Of a stretch of DNA of 64,000 nucleotides, positions 20,551-30,508 are shown in pieces (positions within the stretch are counted from its first letter, which is position 1; each line of letters starts with the position of its first letter). This DNA comes from Promethearchaeati archaeon (lineage in GTDB: Archaea; Asgardarchaeota; Heimdallarchaeia; Heimdallarchaeales; Heimdallarchaeaceae): the NCBI GenBank assembly GCA_013166775.1, contig JABLTJ010000006.1, positions 32,001 to 96,000 of the forward strand, read 5' to 3'. The notes below the pieces were generated by a model. It was not told the origin of the DNA, searched no databases, and saw only the letters and a list, made by a program, of their open reading frames with translations. The translations under genes were made by a program, and so were the position numbers.

Positions 20551-22002
20551 ATGGATGAAAACGTTGGTACTATAGAGTTAGAAGCACAAAAAACAAGTTA
20601 TAGAAACGTATTTTTATGGTCAAGTTATGATGCAGCTGATACTCTTTTTAGTCAAGCAATCATAAGTATTGCTTTCCAACCCTTTATACTACTTCTTGCC
20701 TTGGAAAACGGAATCACTGATTATTGGACTGCATTTGCATTAATGTCCGTTTTTATGGCAGTTTCAAACTTACTAGTTGCTTTGTTAGGGCCTTTTATAG
20801 GGGCACTAAGCGATACTATAGGTAAAAGAAAACCTGCTGTTCTGATATCTGCATCAGTGATGTGTATTGCAACGTTTGGTTTCATGTTCTGGAAGAATGT
20901 TTGGTGGGCCTGTATCATGTTTGTCATAGCAAATTTCGGTTATCAAGTAGGTAGGATGTTTTATGACTCGATGATACCATTCATCTCTAAAACTGAAGAA
21001 AGAGGAAAAACATCTGGTATTTCAGGAGCCCTAAGCTTCCTTGGAACTTTCGCTGCAATAGGATTATCAATGTTAGCATATGAAATCTGGGATAAATATA
21101 GTGAACCCGGTATGGTATTTGCTGATCCTGTAACAAATCCTCCTGAATATAGAAGTATATACTATCTTTTCGGAATTGCAGTTGCTGCGATTATTTTATT
21201 CGCAATCCCATTCTTGTTTAGTAAGGAGAAAGAAAACCCAAATCTAAATGGATTCCGTCAAAATCTTAGCATAGCAAAAAAATCATTTAGAGAAACTTTG
21301 AGAGAAATTTTCGTTCATCGATATAAGAATGCTATTCTCTTTATATTAGCTTGGTTTTTCGTTACAGATGCAGCAAACACAACAATTCTATATATGCAAT
21401 TAGTCATGGTAGATGGAGCAGGTGCTAATCCAAGTCAAGCTCTGTATGTTATAGGAATTGGAGGAATCCTAGCAATGATTGGAGCAATTGGTGTCGGATT
21501 ATTACTAGATAGATGGGGACCAAAAAAGAATTTTATCATTAATGTTTTCGCTTGGTTTTTTGCAGTAATTATCTGTATTTTAGCTTGCATAAAAATCGAT
21601 GGAGTTCATATTCTCCCCTGGCAGATAATGTATGCAGTTGCTTTCTTTATAGGTCTTGGATTTGGTGGTCTTTGGTTAATAGGCAGACAATTTATTTTTG
21701 AAATTGCCCCACCTGATAAAGTAACTCAATATCAAGGATTCAAACAAATTGCTGGTAGAGTTAGTGCGATTGTCAGCCCCCTAATTTTCATGGGTTTTCT
21801 AGGACTAGGAAATGCTCTTGGTTATAATATCTCAAATCAATATGCACTTGCACTTGCACCTTTACTTGTTTTCTTTCTTATAGGATTTTTTATTTTGCTC
21901 AGATACAAGGATGTTCACAAAGCCTATTTAGTAGGGGAACGAGCTCCATACAAAAGATTAGAAAAGAAGATGCTTAAAGAAGATCGAGAACTAGAAGTAT
22001 AA
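20551..22002 (+). CDS. MFS transporter (UMF1/ATG22-like)
   Basis: W..YD.A, GALSDTIGKRK, FYDSMIP, DRWGPK; about 12 TM. Confidence 0.88.
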   Translation: MDENVGTIELEAQKTSYRNVFLWSSYDAADTLFSQAIISIAFQPFILLLALENGITDYWTAFALMSVFMAVSNLLVALLGPFIGALSDTIGKRKPAVLISASVMCIATFGFMFWKNVWWACIMFVIANFGYQVGRMFYDSMIPFISKTEERGKTSGISGALSFLGTFAAIGLSMLAYEIWDKYSEPGMVFADPVTNPPEYRSIYYLFGIAVAAIILFAIPFLFSKEKENPNLNGFRQNLSIAKKSFRETLREIFVHRYKNAILFILAWFFVTDAANTTILYMQLVMVDGAGANPSQALYVIGIGGILAMIGAIGVGLLLDRWGPKKNFIINVFAWFFAVIICILACIKIDGVHILPWQIMYAVAFFIGLGFGGLWLIGRQFIFEIAPPDKVTQYQGFKQIAGRVSAIVSPLIFMGFLGLGNALGYNISNQYALALAPLLVFFLIGFFILLRYKDVHKAYLVGERAPYKRLEKKMLKEDRELEV

Positions 22003-22029
22003 TCATGCTTCTTCTTTTTCTCTTATACT

Positions 22030-23328
22030 TTACTCATATTCTTTCATTACAAGTAATGTAGTAACATCTTCTATCCATGATAGTTTAGCAATCGATTTTT
22101 CAATAAGTCTGAAAGTTTTACCTATGCTTCTAATTTTAATATTGATTAATATATCATAGATCCCCGTAATAAAAGAGAAATCTTCAACTCCTTTTAACTT
22201 GGATAACTCCTCCGGAGAAATTTTCACTCCTTGTTTAACTTTAGCAAGCAAAATACTCCTTGTTTCGGATAAAGCTAGAGCAATTACTCCAATCAGTATC
22301 AGAATTGATCCTGAAATTTTCAGAACGATGTTTGTATTGCTCCAGAAATCTACACTTACTAAACCTGGTATACCTATTCCTGCGATAGCTAACATGGGAA
22401 GTGTTGATACTACACTTACACTTTTGAGAGCTCTCACAATAGACATCTTCCCCATTGTTAAAGCTCTTGTATAGAAAACTACTGCAATAAATACAAGCAG
22501 CATTGACAGAATAACTGGAAAAAGAGTAGGTTGCCAATATTCTCGTACAACAGCTAATCCACCATTTCGATAGGAGGGAATTGCAGCTAAACAGTGACCG
22601 ATAGTTATTATCATCATAGTCCAGATTCTTAAGTTAATAGAATCATATACCTTCCCTTCCTTATCCTTTGTAGTGAGAGCTTTTTTCTGAAAGAAAATGT
22701 AAAACGCAGAGCATAAAGAAAGTGGTCCTATAATTAAAAAAATATCAACTAGGAAGGAAGAAGAGCTTGAACTTGTTATATTATTAGAAACAGTAGCAAT
22801 AATTACACCAACAGCTATCATTGCCATTGATTGTAATTCAACTAATACAGGTTTTTGCTTTTCTGAAATAGAATCCCCTAATAATAAATAAATTAACACA
22901 AACTGACTGAAGGGCATGATGACAGAAGCATCATTTCTTTCTAGAAGAACATAATAAAGAATTGAAGAACCTGATGCAAAAAAACCTGCTAGTAAAGTAT
23001 AAATACCAATTCTTCCTTGAGGAAATCTTATTCTTCGAAAATTTCGATCAAAGAAATAACCTATATTGTAGAACCACTTTCCATCTAATTTTTTTCTGAT
23101 AGGAATGTGTAAAAGAGCTACTAAAACTAAAGATACTATTACACCAACAACCATCTCGTAAGCTCCAAGAATATATGGATCAGAAATATATATCTTGTTC
23201 ACATAATCATCTAGAATAACATACACACTTACTATAATTCCACTAATTAATGAAAGAGAATAAAATGTACTCTTCCTTCTAAATTTGCTAACTGGCCGGG
23301 ATTCTGGTGCTATCATTTTTTCACTCAA
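22030..23328 (-). CDS. EamA/DMT-like transporter fused to a C-terminal Lrp/AsnC (RAM) ligand-binding domain
   Basis: About 10 TM in two repeats (ASVIMP, MSIVRAL); tail ITGIYDILINI...IEDVTTLLV is RAM-like. Confidence 0.72.
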   Translation of the reverse strand: MSEKMIAPESRPVSKFRRKSTFYSLSLISGIIVSVYVILDDYVNKIYISDPYILGAYEMVVGVIVSLVLVALLHIPIRKKLDGKWFYNIGYFFDRNFRRIRFPQGRIGIYTLLAGFFASGSSILYYVLLERNDASVIMPFSQFVLIYLLLGDSISEKQKPVLVELQSMAMIAVGVIIATVSNNITSSSSSSFLVDIFLIIGPLSLCSAFYIFFQKKALTTKDKEGKVYDSINLRIWTMMIITIGHCLAAIPSYRNGGLAVVREYWQPTLFPVILSMLLVFIAVVFYTRALTMGKMSIVRALKSVSVVSTLPMLAIAGIGIPGLVSVDFWSNTNIVLKISGSILILIGVIALALSETRSILLAKVKQGVKISPEELSKLKGVEDFSFITGIYDILINIKIRSIGKTFRLIEKSIAKLSWIEDVTTLLVMKEYE

Positions 23329-23569
23329 TCAGAACTTCTTTTTCAACAACTGCTGTCTGAGTATCTTCAATTCCTTCTATCATGTGAATTCTCTGTGTAG
23401 CAATTTCATAGAGTTCTTCTAAATTTTCGACGATTACTTTAGCAATAACATCATATTCTCCAGTTACAACGGCAACACTAACAATCTCAGGAATCTTACG
23501 TAGTTGATCTATCACTTCTTGTGTCTTCCCTAATTTTATTATGAAGAAAATATACGCTGATACAGTCAT
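23321..23569 (-). CDS. Stand-alone Lrp/AsnC ligand-binding (RAM) domain protein
   Basis: AYIFF...VTGEYDVIAKV...IEGIEDTQTAVV; no HTH. Confidence 0.9.
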   Translation of the reverse strand: MTVSAYIFFIIKLGKTQEVIDQLRKIPEIVSVAVVTGEYDVIAKVIVENLEELYEIATQRIHMIEGIEDTQTAVVEKEVLIE

Positions 23570-23779
23570 AAAAATAGGTTTTAAAAGCTGTAAAAAAAGA
23601 TTTTCTACTGTGGTTAATATTGATGGAATCTTTTTTGTTTTTCTAAATGATTACATAAATAAATTATCTATTTAAATGACAAAATGAAAAAGCAAATTTT
23701 TTTTAAGTGCAATGTTCTAACCAATTTATATTATCTGAAATAATACACTAACAATCGACTAAATCCAGAGGAATTACTC

Positions 23780-24667
23780 ATGAATAAAGCTAAAGAATCT
23801 TTAGATAAAGAGGTTTTGGATTTAGAGGATTTTTTAAATCAGGCTACAGTTTCAAACATTGATGTTAAGGAACTTCAAGAAAGAAATAGGATTCTGTTAG
23901 AAGCACTTAGAAAAGTCAAATTACTTGTTGAACGATTATTAACTCAAAATAGGCAATTCAGAAGAAAAGTAGAGCAAATGGAGACAGAAACTAGTGAGCA
24001 GAATAAGCAAGGAGTAAAAATAGTTTCTGCAGCACGGTATAAGGAAATGCAAAACAATGCTGATGAACTTGGGAGAAGTCTTCCAAAATTAATTAAGTTG
24101 ATTAAACTCCTAAATCAAGAAAATAAACTGTTCAAAGATAAATATAACGCTCTCGAGAATGAATTTGAGGACATAATCAATGAGAGAGATGATCTAAAAG
24201 ATAAAATTGTTCATCTTAACGATCAAACACAGCAAGATAAAATCGCTGAACTGACAGAACTCTTTCCTATTGAAGAGTTAGCTGATAAAGTTGCAAAATC
24301 TATCAAAGCAACAACCGATTTATCAAAGCTAGTCGGGAATGATCTTGAACAAGATTCCAAAACAATTGCTCAAGCAACAAGTGATGCAGTTCCAAGCTTT
24401 GAAGAACGTGCAAGAACTGACTTACATCAAGTAAATGGTTTTAGCAATGAACAGATTTCCAAACTTGTTGATCTTGTTGTGGAAATTAACGATAAGATTG
24501 AAAATTTAAGTAGTACAATGGTAGTTGCATCCCCAGCTAGACGAAGAGGAAAAACAGTTTTAGATTTATCACAAGCTATCACAGATGGAGATTTAGAAGA
24601 ATTAGATGAACCTCCAGAAAGACCGGATTTAGAAGAGGTTTTAGATGATATTCTTATTTCAGGTTAA
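23780..24667 (+). CDS. Hypothetical coiled-coil protein
   Basis: Long heptad-rich helices, acidic C-terminus. Confidence 0.75.
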   Translation: MNKAKESLDKEVLDLEDFLNQATVSNIDVKELQERNRILLEALRKVKLLVERLLTQNRQFRRKVEQMETETSEQNKQGVKIVSAARYKEMQNNADELGRSLPKLIKLIKLLNQENKLFKDKYNALENEFEDIINERDDLKDKIVHLNDQTQQDKIAELTELFPIEELADKVAKSIKATTDLSKLVGNDLEQDSKTIAQATSDAVPSFEERARTDLHQVNGFSNEQISKLVDLVVEINDKIENLSSTMVVASPARRRGKTVLDLSQAITDGDLEELDEPPERPDLEEVLDDILISG

Positions 24668-24696
24668 TTTTTAGTTAATTTTAGGGTGTAATCGTA

Positions 24697-25134
24697 GTGT
24701 CAGAAACTAGTAATTTTGAATACGAAATTAAATTGGTTAAAAAGGACAATTATAAATTCGAAGTTGATTTTGGTGATGCAATACCTAAACTCTTGATGGA
24801 TGAATCAACTGATGTTCCTGGAGGAGAAGGAAAAGGGCCCACAGCTTCCTTTCTACTAGCGACAGCAGTTGGAAATTGCTTATCAGCTTCATTCACATTT
24901 TGCTTGTCGAAAAAAAAGGTTGCTTTGGTTAGTCTGAAAACAAAAGTTCGATTTAAGCGAGAAAGAAATGAACAAGGTTTTTGGAGAATATCAAAGATAG
25001 ATGTTGATTTATTCCCAGAAGTGGAAAATGAAAATGATAAGAACTTTGAAAGGTGCGTAGAGATTTTCAAGAATTACTGTATTGTCTCAATGAGCGTCGA
25101 ACAAGGAATAGATATAGAAGTTACTGTAAAATGA
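24697..25134 (+). CDS. OsmC family protein
   Basis: DE...GGEGKGP, GNCLSAS, second Cys YCIVSMSV. Confidence 0.88.
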   Translation: MSETSNFEYEIKLVKKDNYKFEVDFGDAIPKLLMDESTDVPGGEGKGPTASFLLATAVGNCLSASFTFCLSKKKVALVSLKTKVRFKRERNEQGFWRISKIDVDLFPEVENENDKNFERCVEIFKNYCIVSMSVEQGIDIEVTVK

Positions 25135-25148
25135 GCTATACTAGATTG

Positions 25149-25215
25149 TGAGAGTCTCAGACTGCATTCTTTCGCAATATTTAGCGACGTAGTGCATGGT
25201 CATCATCAACTCTCA
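25149..25215 (-). ncRNA. Box C/D guide sRNA (putative)
   Basis: Minus strand: TGAGAGTT-G-ATGATGA (box C)-CCATGCACTACGTCG-CTAA-ATATTGCGA-AAGAATGCAGT-CTGA (box D)-GACTCTCA; 8-bp terminal stem and 3-nt bulge give canonical K-turn geometry; intergenic. Confidence 0.7.
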
Positions 25216-25361
25216 TATGAAGAATAAAGAAATAACTAATATGCGTTTTGATTAAACATCAAACGCAGTCTAGAAAGATTTTCTTCAGATTCTCGAAGAT
25301 ATTTTATTTACAATGCAAAAGACATATATAATAATACAGAAGTAATACGCCTAGTGTATAG

Positions 25362-26219
25362 GTGATTAAAATTCCACCAAAGAAAAATGAAACGAGATCA
25401 TCAAATGTTTATACTATTAACATTCCATCGAATTTCAAGGATGGCGTTTTAGAGCATTCAAGGAAGTTTGGTGGTGCAAGTCAATTAATTACTATGTCTC
25501 TAGGAGATTTGGCATCTAGAATACACGGGATTCAAAATAAATTAGATATAATGCAGGAATTAAGGGATTATATCAAGTTGGAAATTCTTTTAATGCAAAG
25601 GTATGAAGAAGAATCAAAAGTAAAAAAGGATACAAAATTATCTTTTCGAATAAAAGATCAAATAAGCCATGAATGCTTAACTGCGATAAGGAAGAAAACT
25701 GGTTGGTCTACATCAAAATCTGTGAGAATTTCTCTCCTTTGGTACTTATATGCAAATTTTGATGAACTGGTATCATCAGACAGTTATGTTCCTTTATTAA
25801 CCTGTCCTAATTGTGATTTTAGAACTCATGATCAAAGAGCTTTAGGAGTTCATGCTCAAACTATTCATGCATCTACACAAACTTATGAGACTACCGTAAC
25901 ACCTTCTCAGACAACAATAGATCAATTTACTACTGAAGCAATTTCAGATATAGAACTAGATGAATCAAAATTGCTTCAAGAGCTCGGTCTAAAAGACCTA
26001 GGGACTCTACAACCAACCGAATTGGAACCTGAAACTATTTCTCTAGTTCCTGATACAATAGTAGATGTTACTGATAAAAGTGATTTGAAGGAAATAATCG
26101 AAGAAAGAATAAAAGAAAGAAGATCGAAAAAAGATAAAGATGAGAAGATAGATGAGTTGCAATCTGAGATTTCTGATATTCTTGAATCTTTGAGAGAAGA
26201 TGGGTTAATAGATGATTGA
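25362..26219 (+). CDS. Putative DNA-binding protein: RHH-like repeats, C2H2 zinc finger and acidic tail
   Basis: CPNC-x12-HAQTIH (C-x2-C-x12-H-x4-H); two beta-helix-helix segments; T/E/D-rich C-terminus. Confidence 0.6.
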   Translation: MIKIPPKKNETRSSNVYTINIPSNFKDGVLEHSRKFGGASQLITMSLGDLASRIHGIQNKLDIMQELRDYIKLEILLMQRYEEESKVKKDTKLSFRIKDQISHECLTAIRKKTGWSTSKSVRISLLWYLYANFDELVSSDSYVPLLTCPNCDFRTHDQRALGVHAQTIHASTQTYETTVTPSQTTIDQFTTEAISDIELDESKLLQELGLKDLGTLQPTELEPETISLVPDTIVDVTDKSDLKEIIEERIKERRSKKDKDEKIDELQSEISDILESLREDGLIDD

Positions 26220-26274
26220 CATTATGGTAAAGATAATATAAAGAAAGACAATATAATAGCTTGGAGTAATCTGG

Positions 26275-27129
26275 ATGGCCAATCCATTAAAAATTCTATT
26301 GTGTGAAGATGATACTGATATCGCCTTTTTAATCAAGATTAATATTATAAAGTCATATCCTGAAGCTGAGGTATTCATTACAAGAACAAAAGAAGAAACA
26401 CTCCAAACTCTTTTTGATGTAAAATACGACATCGATGTTATATTACTTGATTATCTTTTAGTAAATACTACTGGTCTGGAAATTTTGGAAGAAATAAGAC
26501 AGATTACTGAAATCCCTGTTATCATTATAACTGGGCAAGGTTCTGAGGAGGTAGCTGTCAACGCAATGAAACTTGGAGCTTCAGATTATATAGTAAAAAG
26601 AGGGAGATTTTTCAATCAAATTCCTGGTGTAATTGACAAAGTGACCAAAATTGAATCTAAATACGATTTAGATAAAATCTTTGTATCGTTTTATCGGTTT
26701 GGTGAATCCGGAACAGATCCGATCTATATCAACAAAATCCCAGCGGAATATGAAAAAGTCAAAGAAACTGTTATTCTAGCCTTGGGTGTTCTGTTGTTTA
26801 CCATTTATGGTATGGGAGAATTAGATATGCTTGAATCAGGTTCAATGATAACGGGTCCTGTGAAAATTCCAAAAATGAAACAATATAATGCAACAAGCTT
26901 TCTCTATGTAGTAAGTGATGAAAGTCAAAAAGATCCACGATTCAGAGGTAAAGATTACTGTATAGTTGCACTTGGATATCCAGCAGAATACTCTGATCTA
27001 GTTTATGGTATAGACAAAATAAGAAACATCCTCAACCTTTTCTTTGAAGAAGTCAATGATATTTCTGAAGTTGAAGATAAAGCTGAAGATGTTGAAGAAC
27101 AGGTTTACAACGTTATTCGTCGTTTCTAA
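26275..27129 (+). CDS. Response regulator: receiver domain plus uncharacterised alpha/beta output domain
   Basis: LLCEDD, LLDY (phospho-Asp), ITGQG, GASDYIVK. Confidence 0.85.
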   Translation: MANPLKILLCEDDTDIAFLIKINIIKSYPEAEVFITRTKEETLQTLFDVKYDIDVILLDYLLVNTTGLEILEEIRQITEIPVIIITGQGSEEVAVNAMKLGASDYIVKRGRFFNQIPGVIDKVTKIESKYDLDKIFVSFYRFGESGTDPIYINKIPAEYEKVKETVILALGVLLFTIYGMGELDMLESGSMITGPVKIPKMKQYNATSFLYVVSDESQKDPRFRGKDYCIVALGYPAEYSDLVYGIDKIRNILNLFFEEVNDISEVEDKAEDVEEQVYNVIRRF

Positions 27130-28286
27130 CCCTTATTACTGAAAGCTTCATTGTATATCTCTATTAATTTTTCCGCTTCAATTTCCCAGTTGAATTGTTT
27201 TTCATAATTTTCCTGAGCTTCAGTTTTCAATTTATCAAGCAATTCTTTGTCATTGTAAAGTTTGAAAATTTGATCTGCTATTTCTTGAGGAGCGGTTGGA
27301 TCAATAAGAAAACCTATTTTACTTGCATTCTTAATTGCTTTCTGAAGTCCTTCAAAGTTGGAACCAATAAATGGAACTCCTGCTGAACAATATTCAAACA
27401 GTCTATTTGGCATTCTAAGAAAATTGTTTTTTCCTGGTTGAAATAACACTAAACCCACATCACATGACCTGAGAATAGATAAGGCATCATAGTAGTTCAT
27501 CCATCCTGTTAGATTGAAATAGTCAGACAGTCCTTTAATCTTAATTAACTCCTTCATTGGTTCAAGAGCTGCCCCTGATCCCATAACAAGGAATTCAATT
27601 TCTGAAGATTTAATATTCTCCTTTAAAATTTCTGCAGTTTCCACTGTTTTATCGTATCCTAAATTACTATACATAACACCAAAATGAACCACTCTAAATT
27701 TATCAGTGGAATATTCATTTGGTATTTTCATCTTATGGGCTTGCTCTACATCCAATTTCGAAGGATAATTTGATACCCATGAGCTTTTTACTTTATACTT
27801 TCGATGAAGATTATCAGAATAAGTTTCCCCTGGAGTTAGTATTCCATCTACTAGTTTGATATACTTTCTTTCCATCCATGTATATACCCAGAGAGCTGGA
27901 AAACCAAATGTTTCAGACATTTGTTCAGGAAAATTTTCGTGACTATCATAAATCAGAATCTTACTATTTTTCTTTAATTTCGATGAAAGAGGAAGTACAT
28001 TAAGATCATGGAAATGTATTATATCGAATTTCTCATCCCCTACTAATTTCCTCACCTTTTTCCAGAATTCAAAGTATTTAAAAAATAGTTTCTTCTTTAT
28101 TGGAACTCTTTTAATTGTATATCCATCTCTTTTTTCTTCCTCAGCTAGACCACCAATCGGATTTGTTGCAATCACTGTAACTTGATTTCCCTTACTCGCT
28201 AGAAACCTAGCTTCCTTTTCCACTCTAACATCAGGAGCAACTGTACTTAAAACAACCATCAAGATTTTCCAAGATTTACTACTCAT
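27126..28286 (-). CDS. Glycosyltransferase family 4
   Basis: DVRVEKEA, HFHD, YDSHE, PNRLFEY. Confidence 0.9.
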   Translation of the reverse strand: MSSKSWKILMVVLSTVAPDVRVEKEARFLASKGNQVTVIATNPIGGLAEEEKRDGYTIKRVPIKKKLFFKYFEFWKKVRKLVGDEKFDIIHFHDLNVLPLSSKLKKNSKILIYDSHENFPEQMSETFGFPALWVYTWMERKYIKLVDGILTPGETYSDNLHRKYKVKSSWVSNYPSKLDVEQAHKMKIPNEYSTDKFRVVHFGVMYSNLGYDKTVETAEILKENIKSSEIEFLVMGSGAALEPMKELIKIKGLSDYFNLTGWMNYYDALSILRSCDVGLVLFQPGKNNFLRMPNRLFEYCSAGVPFIGSNFEGLQKAIKNASKIGFLIDPTAPQEIADQIFKLYNDKELLDKLKTEAQENYEKQFNWEIEAEKLIEIYNEAFSNKG

Positions 28287-28392
28287 TGATTTGAATAAAG
28301 TTAGTTAGTATATCAAATTTTTGAATGTAAGGTTATAAGGGTGAAAAGCATAATTCTACATATTTAAATAAGAAATAAGTAAGTCTCCAATA

Positions 28393-29682
28393 ATGAATAA
28401 GGATTTAGAATTTCCTGAAAATTTCCTCTGGGGAGCAGCTCAATCTGCATATCAAACAGAAGGTCATAATTATAATAATGATTGGTATAAATTTGAACAA
28501 ATAAAAGGAAAAATCAAAAACAATGATACTTGTGGTGCAGCTTGTGATCATTATAATCGCTTTGATTCTGATTTTGAACTTTTGAGCAATCTAAATCAGA
28601 ATGCTCATAGGACAGGCATTGAATGGAGTAGAATTGTTCCTGAAGAAAATGAAGTGAATCATGATGAAATAGAACATTATCATAAAGTATTTGAATCACT
28701 AAAGAAACACAATTTAACAAGTTTTGTAACAGTTCATCATTTTACGATCCCCCTCTGGTTTGAGAAGAAAGGAGGGTTTCTCAAAAGAAAGAATCTCAAG
28801 CACTTTGAGTACTATTGTGATATTTTAGCTAAGAATTTCCCAGAAGTAGAGTACTGGAACACAATAAATGAACCTGGAGTTTTGCCATTAATGGGTTATA
28901 TGTCAAAAGATTATCCTCCTGGAAGAAGCTCGTTTCTAGCATTTCTTAAGGTATACAATAATATTCTAAGAGCGCATGGAATCGCTTATCATAAAATAAA
29001 GGAAAAAAATCCTAAGAGTCAAGTTGGTATTGTTAAAAATGTTCCCTATTTTTATCAGAAATTTTATGGCAAATTTTGGAAAAAGAGAGTGGTATCTTTT
29101 TTTGATAATGTCTACAATCAGATTTTTTTTGATTTACTAAATAATGGCAGAGTCTCATTAAATCCACTAATAAGAGAAAAATGCTTGAAAGGAACATCTG
29201 ATTTCTTTGGAATAAATTATTATGATGCTCTATACTTTAAATTTAAACTTGGTATTCCTTATGGAATGGATTTTATGCTTCCTGAAGATACTAGATTTAC
29301 TCAAATGGGTTGGGGAATTTATCCAAGAGGATTATATGAAAATATTATGAGAGTTAAGAAAGAATTTAATGGACCAATATATATAACTGAAAATGGCATC
29401 GCAACTCTCGAAGATAAAGAGAGACAATCATTCATTTTGGAGCACCTTTTAGCAGTTCACAGAGCGATTAAGGAGGGTGCAGATGTTCGAGGATTTTTCT
29501 ACTGGTCTTCAATGGATAATTGGGAATGGGCAGAAGGATTCGAACCTCGTTTTGGATTAATAGGAATTGACTATGAGACACAAGAAAGACAAATCAGAGA
29601 GTCAGCTAAAATGTATGGAGAAATAGCTAAACAAAACAAAATCTCAGCAAACCTGTTAGAGAAGTTTAAATTAAATGCTTAA
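28393..29682 (+). CDS. Glycoside hydrolase family 1 (beta-glycosidase)
   Basis: FLWGAAQSAYQTEG, TINEP acid/base, ITENG nucleophile, DNWEW. Confidence 0.95.
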   Translation: MNKDLEFPENFLWGAAQSAYQTEGHNYNNDWYKFEQIKGKIKNNDTCGAACDHYNRFDSDFELLSNLNQNAHRTGIEWSRIVPEENEVNHDEIEHYHKVFESLKKHNLTSFVTVHHFTIPLWFEKKGGFLKRKNLKHFEYYCDILAKNFPEVEYWNTINEPGVLPLMGYMSKDYPPGRSSFLAFLKVYNNILRAHGIAYHKIKEKNPKSQVGIVKNVPYFYQKFYGKFWKKRVVSFFDNVYNQIFFDLLNNGRVSLNPLIREKCLKGTSDFFGINYYDALYFKFKLGIPYGMDFMLPEDTRFTQMGWGIYPRGLYENIMRVKKEFNGPIYITENGIATLEDKERQSFILEHLLAVHRAIKEGADVRGFFYWSSMDNWEWAEGFEPRFGLIGIDYETQERQIRESAKMYGEIAKQNKISANLLEKFKLNA

Positions 29683-29697
29683 GATATATATTATTAA

Positions 29698-30207
29698 ATG
29701 ATAAATTCTATCAAGATTCTCTATGATCCTAAAGTTGATGAAAAAGAAGTTCAAGCTATTAGTACAGTTATCGAAGAGATTTATCAGATAGAAGTTGCAA
29801 GTAGTACCATTTTCAAAATAAAAAAGGCAGCTTATAATAAAAAAAGAAAGCAATACAATGGTCAAAAGCTGTTAAATGAGTTAATAGATGAAGAAAATCT
29901 CGAGTTTTTTTTCTGGATTATAAAAGATGATATTTATGTACCTGTTATGAATTTTGTTTTTGGATTAGCAACACAGTTTTGTGGTGCAATAGTTTCATTC
30001 TACAGATTAGAATCTCTAGAGATGAAAATCAAAGAAAGTGTACATGAATGTGGACATATCCTTGGTTTAGGGCATTGTACCAATCTCTGTGTGATGCAAT
30101 ATTCACATAATCTCCAAGAAGCAATTGAAAAACCTTCTAGTTTATGTTCAGAATGTGAAAATAAAATAAAGGAAAACAAGAGAAATTTTGAACCAAACAA
30201 AGATTAA
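29698..30207 (+). CDS. amzA: Archaemetzincin family Zn protease
   Basis: QYNG, NFVFGLA, HECGHILGLGHC, CVM.YS, C..C. Confidence 0.88.
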   Translation: MINSIKILYDPKVDEKEVQAISTVIEEIYQIEVASSTIFKIKKAAYNKKRKQYNGQKLLNELIDEENLEFFFWIIKDDIYVPVMNFVFGLATQFCGAIVSFYRLESLEMKIKESVHECGHILGLGHCTNLCVMQYSHNLQEAIEKPSSLCSECENKIKENKRNFEPNKD

Positions 30208-30232
30208 ATAAATACCTTGCCTTCAGTACTAA

Positions 30233-30508
30233 ATGAAGTCAGGTGTCAATTGGTTGCATCAACGATTTGTTAGCTCCATAGTAGAAAGTTGTACAAAAGA
30301 CCAAAGCTATGTAATCATGTTAAAATGGGATGCAATAAATGAAGTTCATACGAAACTAAAACAGAAGTGTGAACTAGTACAACAAATAGGTGGTATTATA
30401 GAGAAATACCAATATAAGGATTTAAAAATATCCTTCTATAAAACAGGAAAACTGTTGCTAACAAATGTGAATCATATAGATGTTTTGCTGAAAGAACTAT
30501 TCAAGTGA
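30233..30508 (+). CDS. Small hypothetical protein coupled to iscS
   Basis: 4-nt overlap with the next ORF; ISFYKTGKLLL beta motif. Confidence 0.55.
   Translation: MKSGVNWLHQRFVSSIVESCTKDQSYVIMLKWDAINEVHTKLKQKCELVQQIGGIIEKYQYKDLKISFYKTGKLLLTNVNHIDVLLKELFK

Noticed and set aside
25132-25273. SECIS or selenocysteine read-through after the OsmC TGA, or a plus-strand riboswitch
   Set aside because: OsmC is complete with both Cys and a TAG follows within three codons; the structure is better explained by the minus-strand C/D motif, although plus-strand pairings (25141-25150 with 25264-25273) exist
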